64,000 nucleotides of DNA from Macrostomum lignano. Lineage: Eukaryota. A model generated the notes under the pieces. It made no database searches. It was not told the origin of the DNA and worked only from the letters and a program-made list of their open reading frames with translations. Numbering within the stretch: the first letter of the stretch is position 1; every line of letters begins with the position of its first letter. Position numbers and translations under genes: made by a program. The stretch is from NCBI GenBank assembly GCA_002269645.1, contig NIVC01000089.1, forward strand, positions 62,001 to 126,000, given 5' to 3'. This document shows positions 12,851 to 24,424 of this stretch, piece after piece.

Positions 12851-15172
12851 GATCTTCTAACCCCTCTCCATATATTCTCTCATATTACATGTACATGTAC
12901 ATTTACTCCCATCCTCTCTTTTTGCTTTCTCCGAAATTCTTGGCTTTGAGTACACAATAAAATACACAATTCTCGTACATGTACAGACATTCTCATAGGC
13001 ATTTGGGCCTAAGATGCGCTTTTTCTGTTATGTGAGTGAACGATAGTGGTTAACTTGCTTTCGTCAAAATACATGTAAACCTTCGTCAAAATGAATGGCA
13101 CCTCTAAATCCACATACCATAGCACATATCAAGTCGCTTAATATTTGTTTGTCCGTAATGCACTAGCCGCACCCAGACGCCGAATCGCTCGTATAATCAT
13201 GTGAGCTCATAAAAAAACTTCAAATTACAGCAACTTGCAATTGAAGGCTTTTTGAAAGTGGGAAGTTAAATCTAATTATTCAAGCTTTTGCTCTCAAAAG
13301 CATTATTCATGCTCATCTACTGTTAAAAGTAACAAATTGTGGTTTTGTTAAAGATATTGTTAAAATTGCCCCTGGCTGACTTGCAATCGTTTTGGGCCAC
13401 TTTTTCGTCTTATTCGTGACCAATCTTGGGACGCTTCCTCCTCATCTAACTCTACAACCCATCACAACCAATAGCAATGCTGGAAGATTGGTAGCTCCCC
13501 CTCAATTCCAGTAGCCAGTAAGAGCTATGGCGGTCTTGGTGTGGCGGTCTTGGTCGTGCGCCCAAGGAATAGGCCAAATAAACATACAGAAAGGACTAAG
13601 CATGCTTTATATTGGCTAGGAGAGGTATATTTAACAAATAGTATATACTATTATTTTTTATTATTTAGAAGAAATGTCTATTGTTTTTTTGTTGTCTGTT
13701 TGTTACTTGTAAAGAACAAAGATTCTACCCAGATGTCCTCCCATCAGGGGGCAAAGATTGCTAGTTAGTCTAGGGTCTAACTATAAGTCTACTGTTATAT
13801 AAAATGTTTAAAATTATTATAACATAATAATAGCCATTAGTAAGCATTCCATTGAGATCTGATCAATAAATCTTAGCAAGTCAAAAAATAGCTTGCCCTT
13901 TTTAAATAGTAAGATTTATTTTTTTCTATCTAACTTCTATTGATAATATTAGTATATGAGGTGGGGGTGGAGAAACAAAAAGAAAAATTAATTTTCTAAA
14001 ATTGGCTGGTTGTGTTTGCACAAATAAATCCAAAAATTGCATAGATGAATCATAACAAAATTCTTTCTCCTGTTTTATTCCAACTGCTAAGGTCCTTAAA
14101 TTCCAGGGAGAGGATAGCTGTAATCATAGCTGAGCAGTTGTTAGTGGCTCAGTCATTCAAATGGTAGACACCAAGATTCTGACACCATAAATTAATGTGT
14201 CAATTTGTTGAGCTGATTACTTTCAGTAGGGTAGAGCTGCCACCACCATAATTTACATATTATGGAACAAACAAGTCTTATAGCTTTCTTTGAGTTGAGA
14301 ACTTTGATTGTTTTATGCCCTATGGGCAAATAACTCAAGATAAACTATGGCTTTTTAGTGTGACTTATTGATTATTACTTTTATTATTATTAAGGAGTAG
14401 GCTTAATAAGTTGAATTGGTTAATGTTAATATTATTGATGTTATGCGAGTTGAATTGGGGCACTGAGGCACTATTAATTAAAGAGCAACTAGCTAAGCCT
14501 GAATATCAACTGAATTAATATAGAACAATGAACTTATTTAATTCCAATAGGGAAAGAAATAGAAGGTAAGGTAAGCAAGACATGTTTGAGCACAGAAATA
14601 AATGAGTATTGTATAAATACTAGAATACATGCGGGTCATACATTGGATCAATCACTAGGCACAGTAATGGATGCAAAACTTTCACGGTTTGGGTGAGGCA
14701 CTAGATTGCCTCAAACATACACAAAAAACAGAAATTAACAAATTTGTCCAACAAAAGACAGGCAAAAATTCAAAGGGTAGAAGCAAAATTCACTGTTGGG
14801 ATAATTATTGACTAGATAGTAAGATGACAAAATTTTCAGATAGTGGGAAAGAATAAATAAAAAAATATTAGCATGCAAGTTCAAGAAGGGAAAAGGTTAC
14901 TAATTATTATAATTGATGATGCAAATCAAAATTGGCATCCCAACTGCCACATATAATTTCAAGTTATTATTAGCAAATATTGAACTAAATGTGAATATAA
15001 AACGAAAAGTTTTTTACTAGATTTTAGGGTATGCAAATATTTAGCATTCTAGGCTATGCTAGATTAAGCATGCTAGCACTATATTGTAAACCCAAAGGGT
15101 CCAAATAAAGGTCTGAGAAGGGTCCATAATTTTGAAAAGGTCTAAATTGAAGGTCCAAAATAGAGGTCTAGC

Positions 15173-15784
15173 CACAGATACTAGAATAACTAGATGTGTC
15201 ACTTGCAAAAAATGCATTTCTCTACTCTTTTTTCAGTAGCAAAATTAGCGTTTTTTGCCTTTATAAAAGTGAAATTAAAATTTATCTACTTTAAAACAAA
15301 AATTTAAAGTTTTTAAAGCTGCAAAATTTGTCCGTGCCTAATTCTACAAGCAGACTAATTAAATAAGCATGTCTGCTGAGTTTTACTAGTTCAAAAATAA
15401 ACAAATTTAAGATTTAAGACTGTAGAAAATGATAAAAATATAAAATTCCCAAATTCAGTGCTTGGCAAAGAGAGCAAGAGAGAATTAGTGCTGGCGCCCA
15501 GATATCCCTACTGTTCTCTCATTGGCTAAGCTAGATTGGGCTTCCCCCTAGGCTGAGTTTTGTCCATCTTGCATTCATTTGTGTACATTGAGTTAAACAA
15601 ATGCTTGTTCCTTCTTAACCCCATATGCCTTTGAGGCCACAAGCCCTGAGGAAGGATAGGAATTTTACTTTCTACATCAAATTTAAAGTACATTAGCACA
15701 GAAAACTACTGAAAAAAGAGTAGAGGCTCTAATTTTTCACAATTTTAATTGCGAGTAACATATCTAGTTATTCTAGTATCTGTG
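15173..15784. mobile_element. MITE (612 bp) with 36-bp TIR and 8-bp TSD, hAT-like
   Basis: TIRs CACAGATACTAGAATAACTAGATGTGTCACTTGCAA versus (rc) CACAGATACTAGAATAACTAGATATGTTACTCGCAA; TSD GGTCTAGC (15165-72) / GGTCTAAC (15785-92). Confidence 0.85.
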
Positions 15785-16084
15785 GGTCTAACAGGTCCAT
15801 ATTAAAGTGTTATATATGGCTTTCAAATCTTGATACAAGTAATATGATTTGCTTATATCAATGAAAGTGTTACAGCAATCATTATGGATTTATATATCCA
15901 TTCTTATTTAAGATTATTATAGATCATAGTCAGTATAGAAGAAATTAAATAAAAATAAAGAAATCTATATAAAATTGCATACCAAATTCTTCATTATTAA
16001 AGTTTTATTAGATATTGAAATTTAGTTTATGTTATATATTATTATATATTGTATTATATAATAGTCTTCTTACTAGAATTTTTC

Positions 16085-17935
16085 ACCCATTTAATAGCCT
16101 CTAAACTTTAAAAGCCAAAAAAGTCTGATACTTCTAGTTGTAGTGCTAGATTTGAACTGTATAAAAGGTAGATAAAATGTCCCCATGAAATTTGTGTAAG
16201 GTGCCTTGGCAAAGTCGTGAACTTTGTTGTAGTGCACTGTTGTAGTAAAAAAAAATGAGCTTTCATGCAGCTCACTTGCAAATGTTCACTGCCAGTCATA
16301 TTTCCTAAGCAGTTATGACACTGCTTCTGTAGTACTCCTAGGAAGTTGATTAATATAGCTTTCTGTGTCCAAGAAAACAGTTGCCATGAGCTTGGCCAGG
16401 GAGCAGTCAGTTTTTTTTAATTTTTTTGGCCAGCAGATGCTTGAGCCAGGCATTCCTTTAACAGTTTTTTTACTCCAGATCTTACTAGTAGAATCCAAGT
16501 CTCATCACCAGTCACTGGTCGCTAGGCCTTGACTCCAGATCTTACTGGTAGAATCCAAGTCTCATCACCAGTCACTGGTCGCTGGGCCTTGACTCCAGAT
16601 CTTACTGGTAGAATCCAAGTCTCATCACCAGTCACTGGTCGCTGGGCCTTGACTCCAGATCTTACTGGTAGAATCCAAGTCTCATCACCAGTCACTGGTC
16701 GCTGGGCCTTGACTCCAGATCTTACTGGCAGAATCCAAGTCTCATCACCAGTCACTGGTCGCTGGGCCTTGACTCCAGATCTTACTGGTAGAATCCAAGT
16801 CTCATCACCAGTCACTGGTCGCTGGGCCTTGACTCCAGATCTTACTGGCAGAATCCAAGTCTCATCACCAGTCACTGGTCGCTGGGCCTTGACTCCAGAT
16901 CTTACTGGTAGAATCCAAGTCTCATCACCAGTCACTGGTCGCTGGGCCTTGACTCCAGATCTTACTGGTAGAATCCAAGTCTCATCACCAGTCACTGGTC
17001 GCTGGGCCTTGACTCCAGATCTTACTGGTAGAATCCAAGTCTCATCACCAGTCACTGGTCGCTGGGCCTTGACTCCAGATCTTACTGGTAGAATCCAAGT
17101 CTCATCACCAGTCACTGGTCGCTGGGCCTTGACTCCAGATCTTACTGGTAGAATCCAAGTCTCATCACCAGTCACTGGTCGCTGGGCCTTGACTCCAGAT
17201 CTTACTGGTAAAATCCAAGTCTCATCACCAGTCACTGGTCGCTGGGCCTTGACTCCAGATCTTACTGGTAGAATCCAAGTCTCATCACCAGTCACTGGTC
17301 GCTGGGCCTTGACTCCAGATCTTACTAGTAGAATCCAAGTCTCATCACCAGTCACTGGTCGCTGGGCCTTGACTCCAGATCTTACTAGTAGAATCCAAGT
17401 CTCATCACCAGTCCCTGGTCGCTGGGCCTTGACTCCAGATCTTACTGGCAGAATCCAAGTCTCATCACCAGTCACTGGTCGCTGGGCCTTGACTCCAGAT
17501 CTTACTGGCAGAATCCAAGTCTCATCACCAGTCACTGGTCGCTGGGCCTTGACTCCAGATCTTACTGGTAGAATCCAAGTCTCATCACCAGGACACCAGT
17601 CACTGGCCGCGAGTATCTGATAAAGAATCTTCAGCATTGGCATCGAGATCATTGAACAGATTCAATGTGCACTCACTGAGCTGAGCTTGCTGAGGCCCAA
17701 GTCATCCATTGGGTTCAGATAAATGCTGTCATAAGAGATGCTCCATTCCTCAGCAGCAGTGTCACTAGTCACACCTGGTCACACACTAGTTCTTTCAACT
17801 GCTTGAAGTACATCAGCTACCATCTCAGCTCTGTTGTCCTCAGTCAGCACTTGACATCTTCAATGGCCTTCTAGTTGGCCTTGAACTCTTGGATCCAATA
17901 AAAAAGGCCTGCTTTGAGCTAATTAATTGAATTAA
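16085..17935 (-). pseudogene. Decayed mariner (DD34D-type) transposase, interrupted by a satellite
   Basis: Frameshifted remnants in the correct order: AFFYWIQEFK..IED (HTH), EEWSISYDSI..DDLGLSKLS, VTGDETWI, PKK..SLAKLMATVFLDTE (cf. PKK.K..SAGKVMATVFWD), YSSNLA..SDFFGF (cf. YSPDLAP.DF.LF). TIRs not found. Confidence 0.8.
16472..17590. repeat. Highly homogeneous 60-bp satellite, ~18.6 copies, unit derived from the mariner TGDETW segment
   Basis: Unit CTTGACTCCAGATCTTACTGGTAGAATCCAAGTCTCATCACCAGTCACTGGTCGCTGGGC; minus-strand translation VTGDETWILPVRSGVKAQRP. Confidence 0.97.
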
Positions 17936-18191
17936 ACAGACAAATAGAAGAGAAGTTTGGCATGAATATTTAATTTTCTGCTTGAATCAGGGGCAAAATT
18001 ACTTTTTTACTTTCTCCCTTGTAAGTACTATAAGATAGTTAAAGAAGCATAAAAAACTTTTTGTTAATTAATAAACTGACCTCAAACTAAAGCAGTTTTC
18101 TAAATTTTGAACTATTGCATGCTCTCCAGTTGTAATTCTTGGACTCTCAGTAGTAGTAGCCTAAAATCAGTCAATCGCCAGGGCTCACGCA

Positions 18192-19907
18192 ATGGGCAGT
18201 GCAGAAAGCCCGCTAGATATGTTCAATCGGTTGATGGGCGCAGAGAAAGACAAATCAGCTGTTGAGGCCCAAATTCAAACTCTAATTGCGGTCATCCAAC
18301 AGTCTGAAGAGGCTCAGACTGTGACTGAGGTGCGCGAGAAAATAGTGAAGACAAATAATAAGTTGATGCAATCACACCTGGCCAATGCGTCTGTGCGGTC
18401 TGGCGGCGAACTGTTCCTCCGCTACATCACCATGACTGAGCTGGACCAGCCTTGCTTTGATGACACCCGCCGGGTGCTCATTAGTCGGGGCGAGAATTTT
18501 TTGAGCAGAATTAGACAGAGTCTGGATAGGATTATGAGTATGGCCTTGCCATTTATTAATCACGGCACTAGGGTGCTGCTGCACTCGCGGTGAGTTCCAG
18601 CTGACTGCGTTTAGCCCCCCCCCTCTATGAGTCTGCTTTCCTTCCATGTCGAGCTACAATGTCTAACACTTGTCTACTCAGAGTTGATCAGGAGACTACT
18701 TGTCTACTCACAATAGTCTAGATAATTAGACTAACTCTAGATGTCTATTCATATCCTAACCCCCTCTCTAGCCCCCTTTGTCTAACACCAATCCAATCCC
18801 CTGTCTAACCCCACTCTACCCCCTATCTAACCCCAATCTAATCTCCTGTCTAACCCCAATCTACATCCTATCTAACCCCAATCTAATCCCCTGTCTAACC
18901 CAATCTACATCCTATCTAACCCCAATCTAATTCCCTGTCTAACCCCAATCTACCCCCTATCTAACCCCAATCTAATCCCCTGTCTAACCCCAATCTAACC
19001 CCAATCTAATCCCCTATCTAACCCCAAGCTACCCTCTATCTAACCCCAATCTAATCCCCTGTCTAACCCCAATCTACCCCCTATCTAACCCCAATCTAAT
19101 CCCCTATCTAACCCCAATCTACCCCCTATCTAACCCCAATCTAATCCCCTATCTAACCCCAATCTAATTCCCTGTCTAACCCCAATCTACCCCCTATCTA
19201 ACCCCAATCTATTCCCCTGTCTAGCCCTGTCTAATCCCCTGTCCCTTCTTTGTATCTACCCCTCTTTGTAACCCCAATCAAACATGTGTCTAATCCCAGT
19301 CTAACCCACTGTCAAAGCGTCTCCAACCGGATCGCAGACGCAGTGTACTTATAACCGACATTCGCCCCGCCTCCCGCGCAGCTCCAAGATGGTGCTGGCC
19401 CTGCTAAAGCGAGCGGCCAAAGCGCAGCTAGACTTCCAGTGCACGGTGACGCAGTCTTTGCCAGACAAATCCGGGGAGCGAATGCTGGCCGACCTTCAAC
19501 AAGCCGGCATCAACGCGTCGCTAGTGCTGGACGCCGAGGTTGGGGTAGCGCTTGAGCGGGTGGATATGGTTCTACTAGGGGCAGAGGCTGTCACGCAGAG
19601 CGGCGGCATTGTTAACAAGATCGGCACCTACACCGTGTGCCTGTGCGCCCACGCTCTCAACGTGCCAGTCTACGTGCTGGCCGAGAGCTGCAAATTCTTG
19701 CGAGCCTATCCGCTAAACCAGGCCGATCTGGACTGGGAGCTGCGCTACCCGGCCTCGGCCGAGCGGACCCGGACGAAGTCTGGCGGCCAATGCCGCTCTC
19801 CAATCACCGATTACACTCCGCCACAGTATCTCAAACTGCTGTTCACCGATATTGGCATTGTGCCGCCGTCGGCTGTTAGCGACGAGTTGACTAAGCTGTA
19901 TCTGTGA
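18192..19907 (+). CDS. EIF2B1: Translation initiation factor eIF2B subunit alpha (307 aa, 2 exons)
   Basis: Exons 18192-18589 and 19382-19907 join at a phase-2 GT-AG intron (HSR/SKMVL). Motifs SGGELFLRYI, VLLHSRS, TQSLPD..GE, VLLGAEAVTQSGGIVNKIGTY, VLAESCKFLRAYPLNQAD, DYTPPQYLKLLFTDIG..PSAVSDEL.KLY are typical of eIF2B alpha. Confidence 0.95.
18760..19300. repeat. C-rich telomere-like minisatellite (CTAACCCCAATCTAATCCCCTGT, ~22-23 bp) in the eIF2B alpha intron
   Basis: Tandem degenerate units containing CTAACCCC. Confidence 0.9.
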
Positions 19908-20091
19908 CCTGTGTGACCTTTGACCTTTGGATTGTGTAAACCTGTGTTAGGCTCGTTTAAATATAGCTGGTAGATGCGAGATTTAACGTATCTAAATGCA
20001 ATACATCTTTTGAGTGCTCCGTGGATTTGATTTTTTGTACTTTTTTAGTGTTGTATTATTATGTACCTAATATTTACATATGCAGCTGAAT

Positions 20092-21033
20092 AGTATCTAC
20101 AGATCCCGACAGTAGAATCTACAGATCCCGGCAGTAGAATCTACAGATCCCGACAGTAGAATCTACAGATCCCTGCAGTAGAATCTACAGATCCCGACAA
20201 GTAGAATCTACAGAACAGATCCCAGCAGTAGAATCAACAGATCTCTGCAGTAGAATCTACAGATCCCTGCAGTAGAATCTACAGATACCTACATTAGAAT
20301 CTACAGATCCCGACAAGTAGAATCTACAGATCCCAGCAGTAGAGTCTACAGATCTCTGCAGTAGAATCTACAGATACCTACAGTAGAATATACAGATCCT
20401 TGCAGTAGAATCTACAGATCCCTGCAGTAGAATCTACAGATCCTTGCAGTAGAATCTACAGATCCCTGCAGTAGAGTCTACAGATCTCTGCAGTAGAATC
20501 TACAGATTTCTGCAGTAGAATGTACAGATACCTACATTAGAATCTACAGATCCCGACAAGTAGAATCTACAGATCCCAGCAGTAGAATCAACAGATCTCT
20601 GCAGTAGAATCTACAGATCCCTGCAGTAGAATCTACAGATACCTACATTAGAATCTACAGATCCCGACAAGTAGAATCTACAGATCCCAGCAGTAGAGTC
20701 TACAGATCTCTGCAGTAGAATCTACAGATCCCTGCAGTAGAATCTACAGAACCCTGCAGTAGAATCTACAGATACCTAAAGTAGAATATACAGATCCTTG
20801 CAGTAGAATCTACAGATCCCTGCAGTAGAATCTACAGATCCCTGCAGTAGAATCTACAGATACCTACATTAGAATCTACAGATCCCGACAAGTAGAATCT
20901 ACAGATCCCAGCAGTAGAATCAACAGATCTCTGCAGTAGAATCTACAGATCCCGGCAGTAGAATCTACAGATCCCGGCAGTAGAAACTACAGATCTCTGC
21001 AGTAGAATATACCGATCTCTGCAGTAGAATCTA
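20092..21033. repeat. Minisatellite, ~22-bp unit (AGTAGAATCTACAGATCCCTGC), ~43 copies
   Basis: Tandem units lying between the eIF2B alpha 3' end and the first recognisable SLC43 coding sequence. Confidence 0.96.
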
Positions 21034-21058
21034 CAACTTCACCATTGCTCTGCTCCCA

Positions 21059-24000
21059 TTGCTGTGCTGGGAGCCGAAGCGCCTTCTTGGCCGCTGGACG
21101 CCGGGCCTGGCGGTGGTCCTGGCCATCTGCGAGATCTTCTGCATAGGCGGCGTGTTCTACGGGTTTTCCTCCTCACTGCGGCTGCTGCTGCTGGCCGAAG
21201 GCTTCTTCGCCGACGGCTGCAACATCTCGGTGGCTGTTCTTGCCTCCGGCAACGAGACCTGCCGCAGTCAGAATGAGGGCTTCTCCCAGGTGAACGCTGT
21301 GGGCACCGGGATGCAACTGCTGTGCGCCCTGCCGATGGGCTTGCTGCTGGATAGGGCCGGCATGCGGGCCTGCAAGTGCGCCTGCGCTGCTGCCGGCTTT
21401 CTCACCTGCCTGTGCTTCGCTGTTGCCAGTCCGGCCTCAGCCTGGCTGCTCTACATTGGCGCCGCCTCCTGGGCTGTGGCCAGCGCAGTTTCAATTGTCA
21501 GCAGCCTGTGCGCGTCGGAACTGTTCCCGGCCTGGAGAGAGGTGGGTGCTGGTGGCTATTTTATAAACTGCGGCTTTGTAATCTGTACCCGTTGAAAGTG
21601 ACAAGAATAGCTAGAGTCATTGCAAACAACTCTCTAGTGAGTCGAGCGACTCTGGTGCAACTCTTTTGACTTTTTTTAACGACTCAAACTAGTCTAATGC
21701 GGTATGCGAGGGAGAGGCGACTGTTGCGTCTCAAGTGCGTCACGTGAGTTGTAGAATCGTAAAAGAGTCGCGAAAGAGTCGTTCAAGAATCGTGTGTGTC
21801 GGCGCTTATCTTTCGCTAGAGATGTGACTCTGACTCATCAAGCGATGCAAATGCGCTTCAAAGGCTACTCCGTGAGTCCGTGACTCTACAGCAACTCTAA
21901 GCACGCCTCAAATACGACTATACGGCCCCAGAGATTCGCAGGCAATAAAAAGTCAAACATAGAGCTGTCTTCAATTGTAAAAAAGTGTAAAAAATCCAAT
22001 ACTAATTAGCTGACGAGGCATTTTTTGTCCTTAAATAAACAGTTACTCCAGCCGTTTACCTTCGTAGACAAACAAATTAATTGAGCTCAGTTACACTGCC
22101 AGGTCCTCATCTGTTTGATGTCCGGCACCTTCGACAGCAGCGCCGTAGTGTTCACTCTGATCCAGACGGTGGCCTACGGCACCGGACTGGACGACGCTTC
22201 GGCGATGTACCGTCGTCGGCTGGCCTGCTTCCTGTTCCTCGGCTGCCTGGCAGCCACCGTCTGCCTAGTCAACGGGCTGGTGCTGCTGCCGCCCAAGCAC
22301 ATCCGTCATGGCGACCAGTTCGCCGGCGAGTGCAATCCATTCAGCGCCTGCTCACGCAAGCGTCGACGTCCGAAGCAGGCGATCTTCGAACTGAAGGAGC
22401 CGCTCGAGCACGATCCGAGGCAGGCCGTAGCCGCCGATGCGGCGCCTGCCGGCCCCGCTGAAGCAGCCGACGCTGCTGCGACCGATGCCGCTGCCGACTC
22501 CGAAGTCACGCCGTTAGACGCTGCGGTGGAGCCTGTTGCTAAGGAAATCGAGGTTAAGACCACTGCGAATGGTAGGTTCGAGTTTGAAAGCTTTAAATCA
22601 TTTAGTTACATTAGCTGTATCTGTGAGAATTTCCCATACCGAATTTGAGAGATTTTCTCATACCGAATTTGAGAGAGTTTCCCATACCGAATTTGAGAGA
22701 TTTTCTCATACCGAATTTGAGAGATTTTCCCATACCGAATTTGAGAGATTTTCTCATACCGAATCTGTGAGAGATTCCCATGCCAAATCTGTGAGAGATT
22801 CCCATACCGAATCTGTGAGAGATTCCCATGCCAAATCTGTGAGAGATTCCCATACCGAATCTGTGAGAGATTCCCATACCGAATCTGTGAGAGATTCCCA
22901 TGCCAAATCTGTGAGAGATTCCCATACCGAATCTGTGAGAGATTCCCATACCGAATCTGTGAGATTCCCATACCGAATCTGAGAGATTCCCATACCGAAT
23001 CTGTGAGATTCCCATACCGAATCTGAGAGATTCCCATACCGAATCTGAGAGATTCCCATACCGAATCTGAGAGATTCCCATGCCGAATCTGAGAGATTCC
23101 CATACCGAATCTGAGAGATTCCCATACCGAATCTGAGAGATTCCCATACCGAATCTGAGAGATTCCCATACCGAATCTAAGAGATTCCCATACCGAATCT
23201 GAGAGATTCCCATATACTTCCGAGAGTTTCCCATCTCCTGTTCAAGCCTCAACCCAGAAGAGGTCCCCGGTTGCAGCATCGATACGCCTCCCTTTTCAGT
23301 CTCTGCAGCCGCCGAGGCCGCGGCCGCCGTGACTCCGGCAGCTGAGCTGCCGCCGGTGCAGTCCGTCCTGCTGACCCGGATGTTCGGCTGTCACGTGATC
23401 TGGGCAGTCTGCTCCATCCTGCGCTTCTTCGTATTTCTTAACCAGGTGGCTCTCTACGTTCGTTTCGCCGTCGATGGCAGCGTGTCGGACGTGTCGCTTC
23501 GCGCGCCGACAATGGTCCGGCACCTCAGCCTGCTCGGCGTGTTCCTGTCGCTGGGCCTCTGCTTCGCCTTCTTCACCGTTGGCGTGGTTCGATTTTCTCG
23601 CCGTTTCTGGCCGCCGAAACCGGCCGCCGACGTCTGGCAGCGGTGCCGATTTCTTGTGGTACGCACCGGCTTACTGGGCATTGGCAGATACTTTTAATTA
23701 CTGTATCCTACTCGTAGTTCGATCCGAAATGTCCCAATTATCTTAAGGGGATTATCCCAAGGGAATTATCCCAAGGGGAATTATCTCAAGGGAAGTTATC
23801 CCAAGGGGAATTATCCCAAGGGGAATTATCCCAAGGGGAATTATCCCAAGGGGAATTAACGAAAGAGGAATTATCTCAAGGGGGATTATCCCAAAGGGAA
23901 TTATCCCAATGGGGTTATCCCAAAGGGAATTTGAGCCCAAAGCTCCGCATTCTGAGCTAACCATGCTGCTTGTGCACCTGACCAAATTTTCAGGCGCCAT

Positions 24001-24401
24001 TCCTGCTGCAGTGCAGCCTCGGCCTGCTGCTCTCCTGCCTGTCATTCGCTGCCCACGATGGCCTGGTACCGCTGCAGTTCACCCTGCTGGCTCTGTACAG
24101 ATCCATGCTGTTCTCTCTGGCCTCCTGCCTGCTGTTCGCCGCCTTCCCGGCCGCCCATTTCGGCACTCTGTACGGCGTTATGTGCCTGGCCTGCGGCTTA
24201 GTGTCCTTCGTGCAGATCCCGCTGCTCGACCTGGCCGAGGCTAGCGGGCTGAGCTCGGCCAACTGGGTCTGTTTGGCCCTGGCTCTGGCCGCCTACGCAC
24301 ACCCTGTCCAGATCCTGCTGGCCGACCGCATCCCCTGCGGAGCCGCCGTGCCCGGCGCGAAAAGGCGGTCTGGACCGACCAGTGAAAATCTGCTGGCCTG
24401 A
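21059..24401 (+). CDS. SLC43-family MFS transporter (LAT3/LAT4/SLC43A3-like); N-terminus unresolved
   Basis: Exons ~21059-21541, 22103-22571, 23300-23658 and 23994-24401 are phase-consistent. Motifs GGVFYGFSSSL..LLAEGFFADGC, SQNE.FS.V..VG, LPMGLLLDRAG, ELFPAWRE/VLICLMSGTFDSSAVVF, RSMLFS..AAFPAAHFGTLYG match SLC43. About 12 hydrophobic segments. Confidence 0.82.
22620..23215. repeat. Minisatellite, 24-bp then 22-bp units (CCATACCGAATCTG(TG)AGAGATTC), SLC43 intron
   Basis: Tandem units with a polar change in unit length along the array. Confidence 0.95.
23745..23935. repeat. Minisatellite, 15-bp unit (GGAATTATCCCAAGG), SLC43 intron
   Basis: Tandem units read directly. Confidence 0.92.
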
Positions 24402-24424
24402 GTTGGCCAAGTTTGGGGGAACCT

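Larger units (their letters stand above)
11054..13562. mobile_element. Non-autonomous DNA transposon, GG..CC termini, perfect 8-bp TSD (Merlin-like by terminal signature)
   Basis: Left end GGTGTAGGACCAAGACCGCCACACACCAAGACCGCCA; right end (reverse complement) GGCGCACGACCAAGACCGCCACACCAAGACCGCCA. Flanked by CAAGGAAT at 11046-11053 and 13563-13570. No transposase ORF inside. Confidence 0.78.

Noticed and set aside
16472-17590. CRISPR-like array
   Set aside because: Units are contiguous and identical with no unique spacers; eukaryotic context with no cas genes. The same applies to all other arrays.
16522-17652. 376-aa and 363-aa ORFs as genes
   Set aside because: Produced by a stop-free 60-bp tandem array. 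The only real signal is the mariner origin of the unit.
21590-21960. GAGTC/GACTC-rich stretch in the first SLC43 intron as a MITE
   Set aside because: No clean TIR or TSD could be defined.
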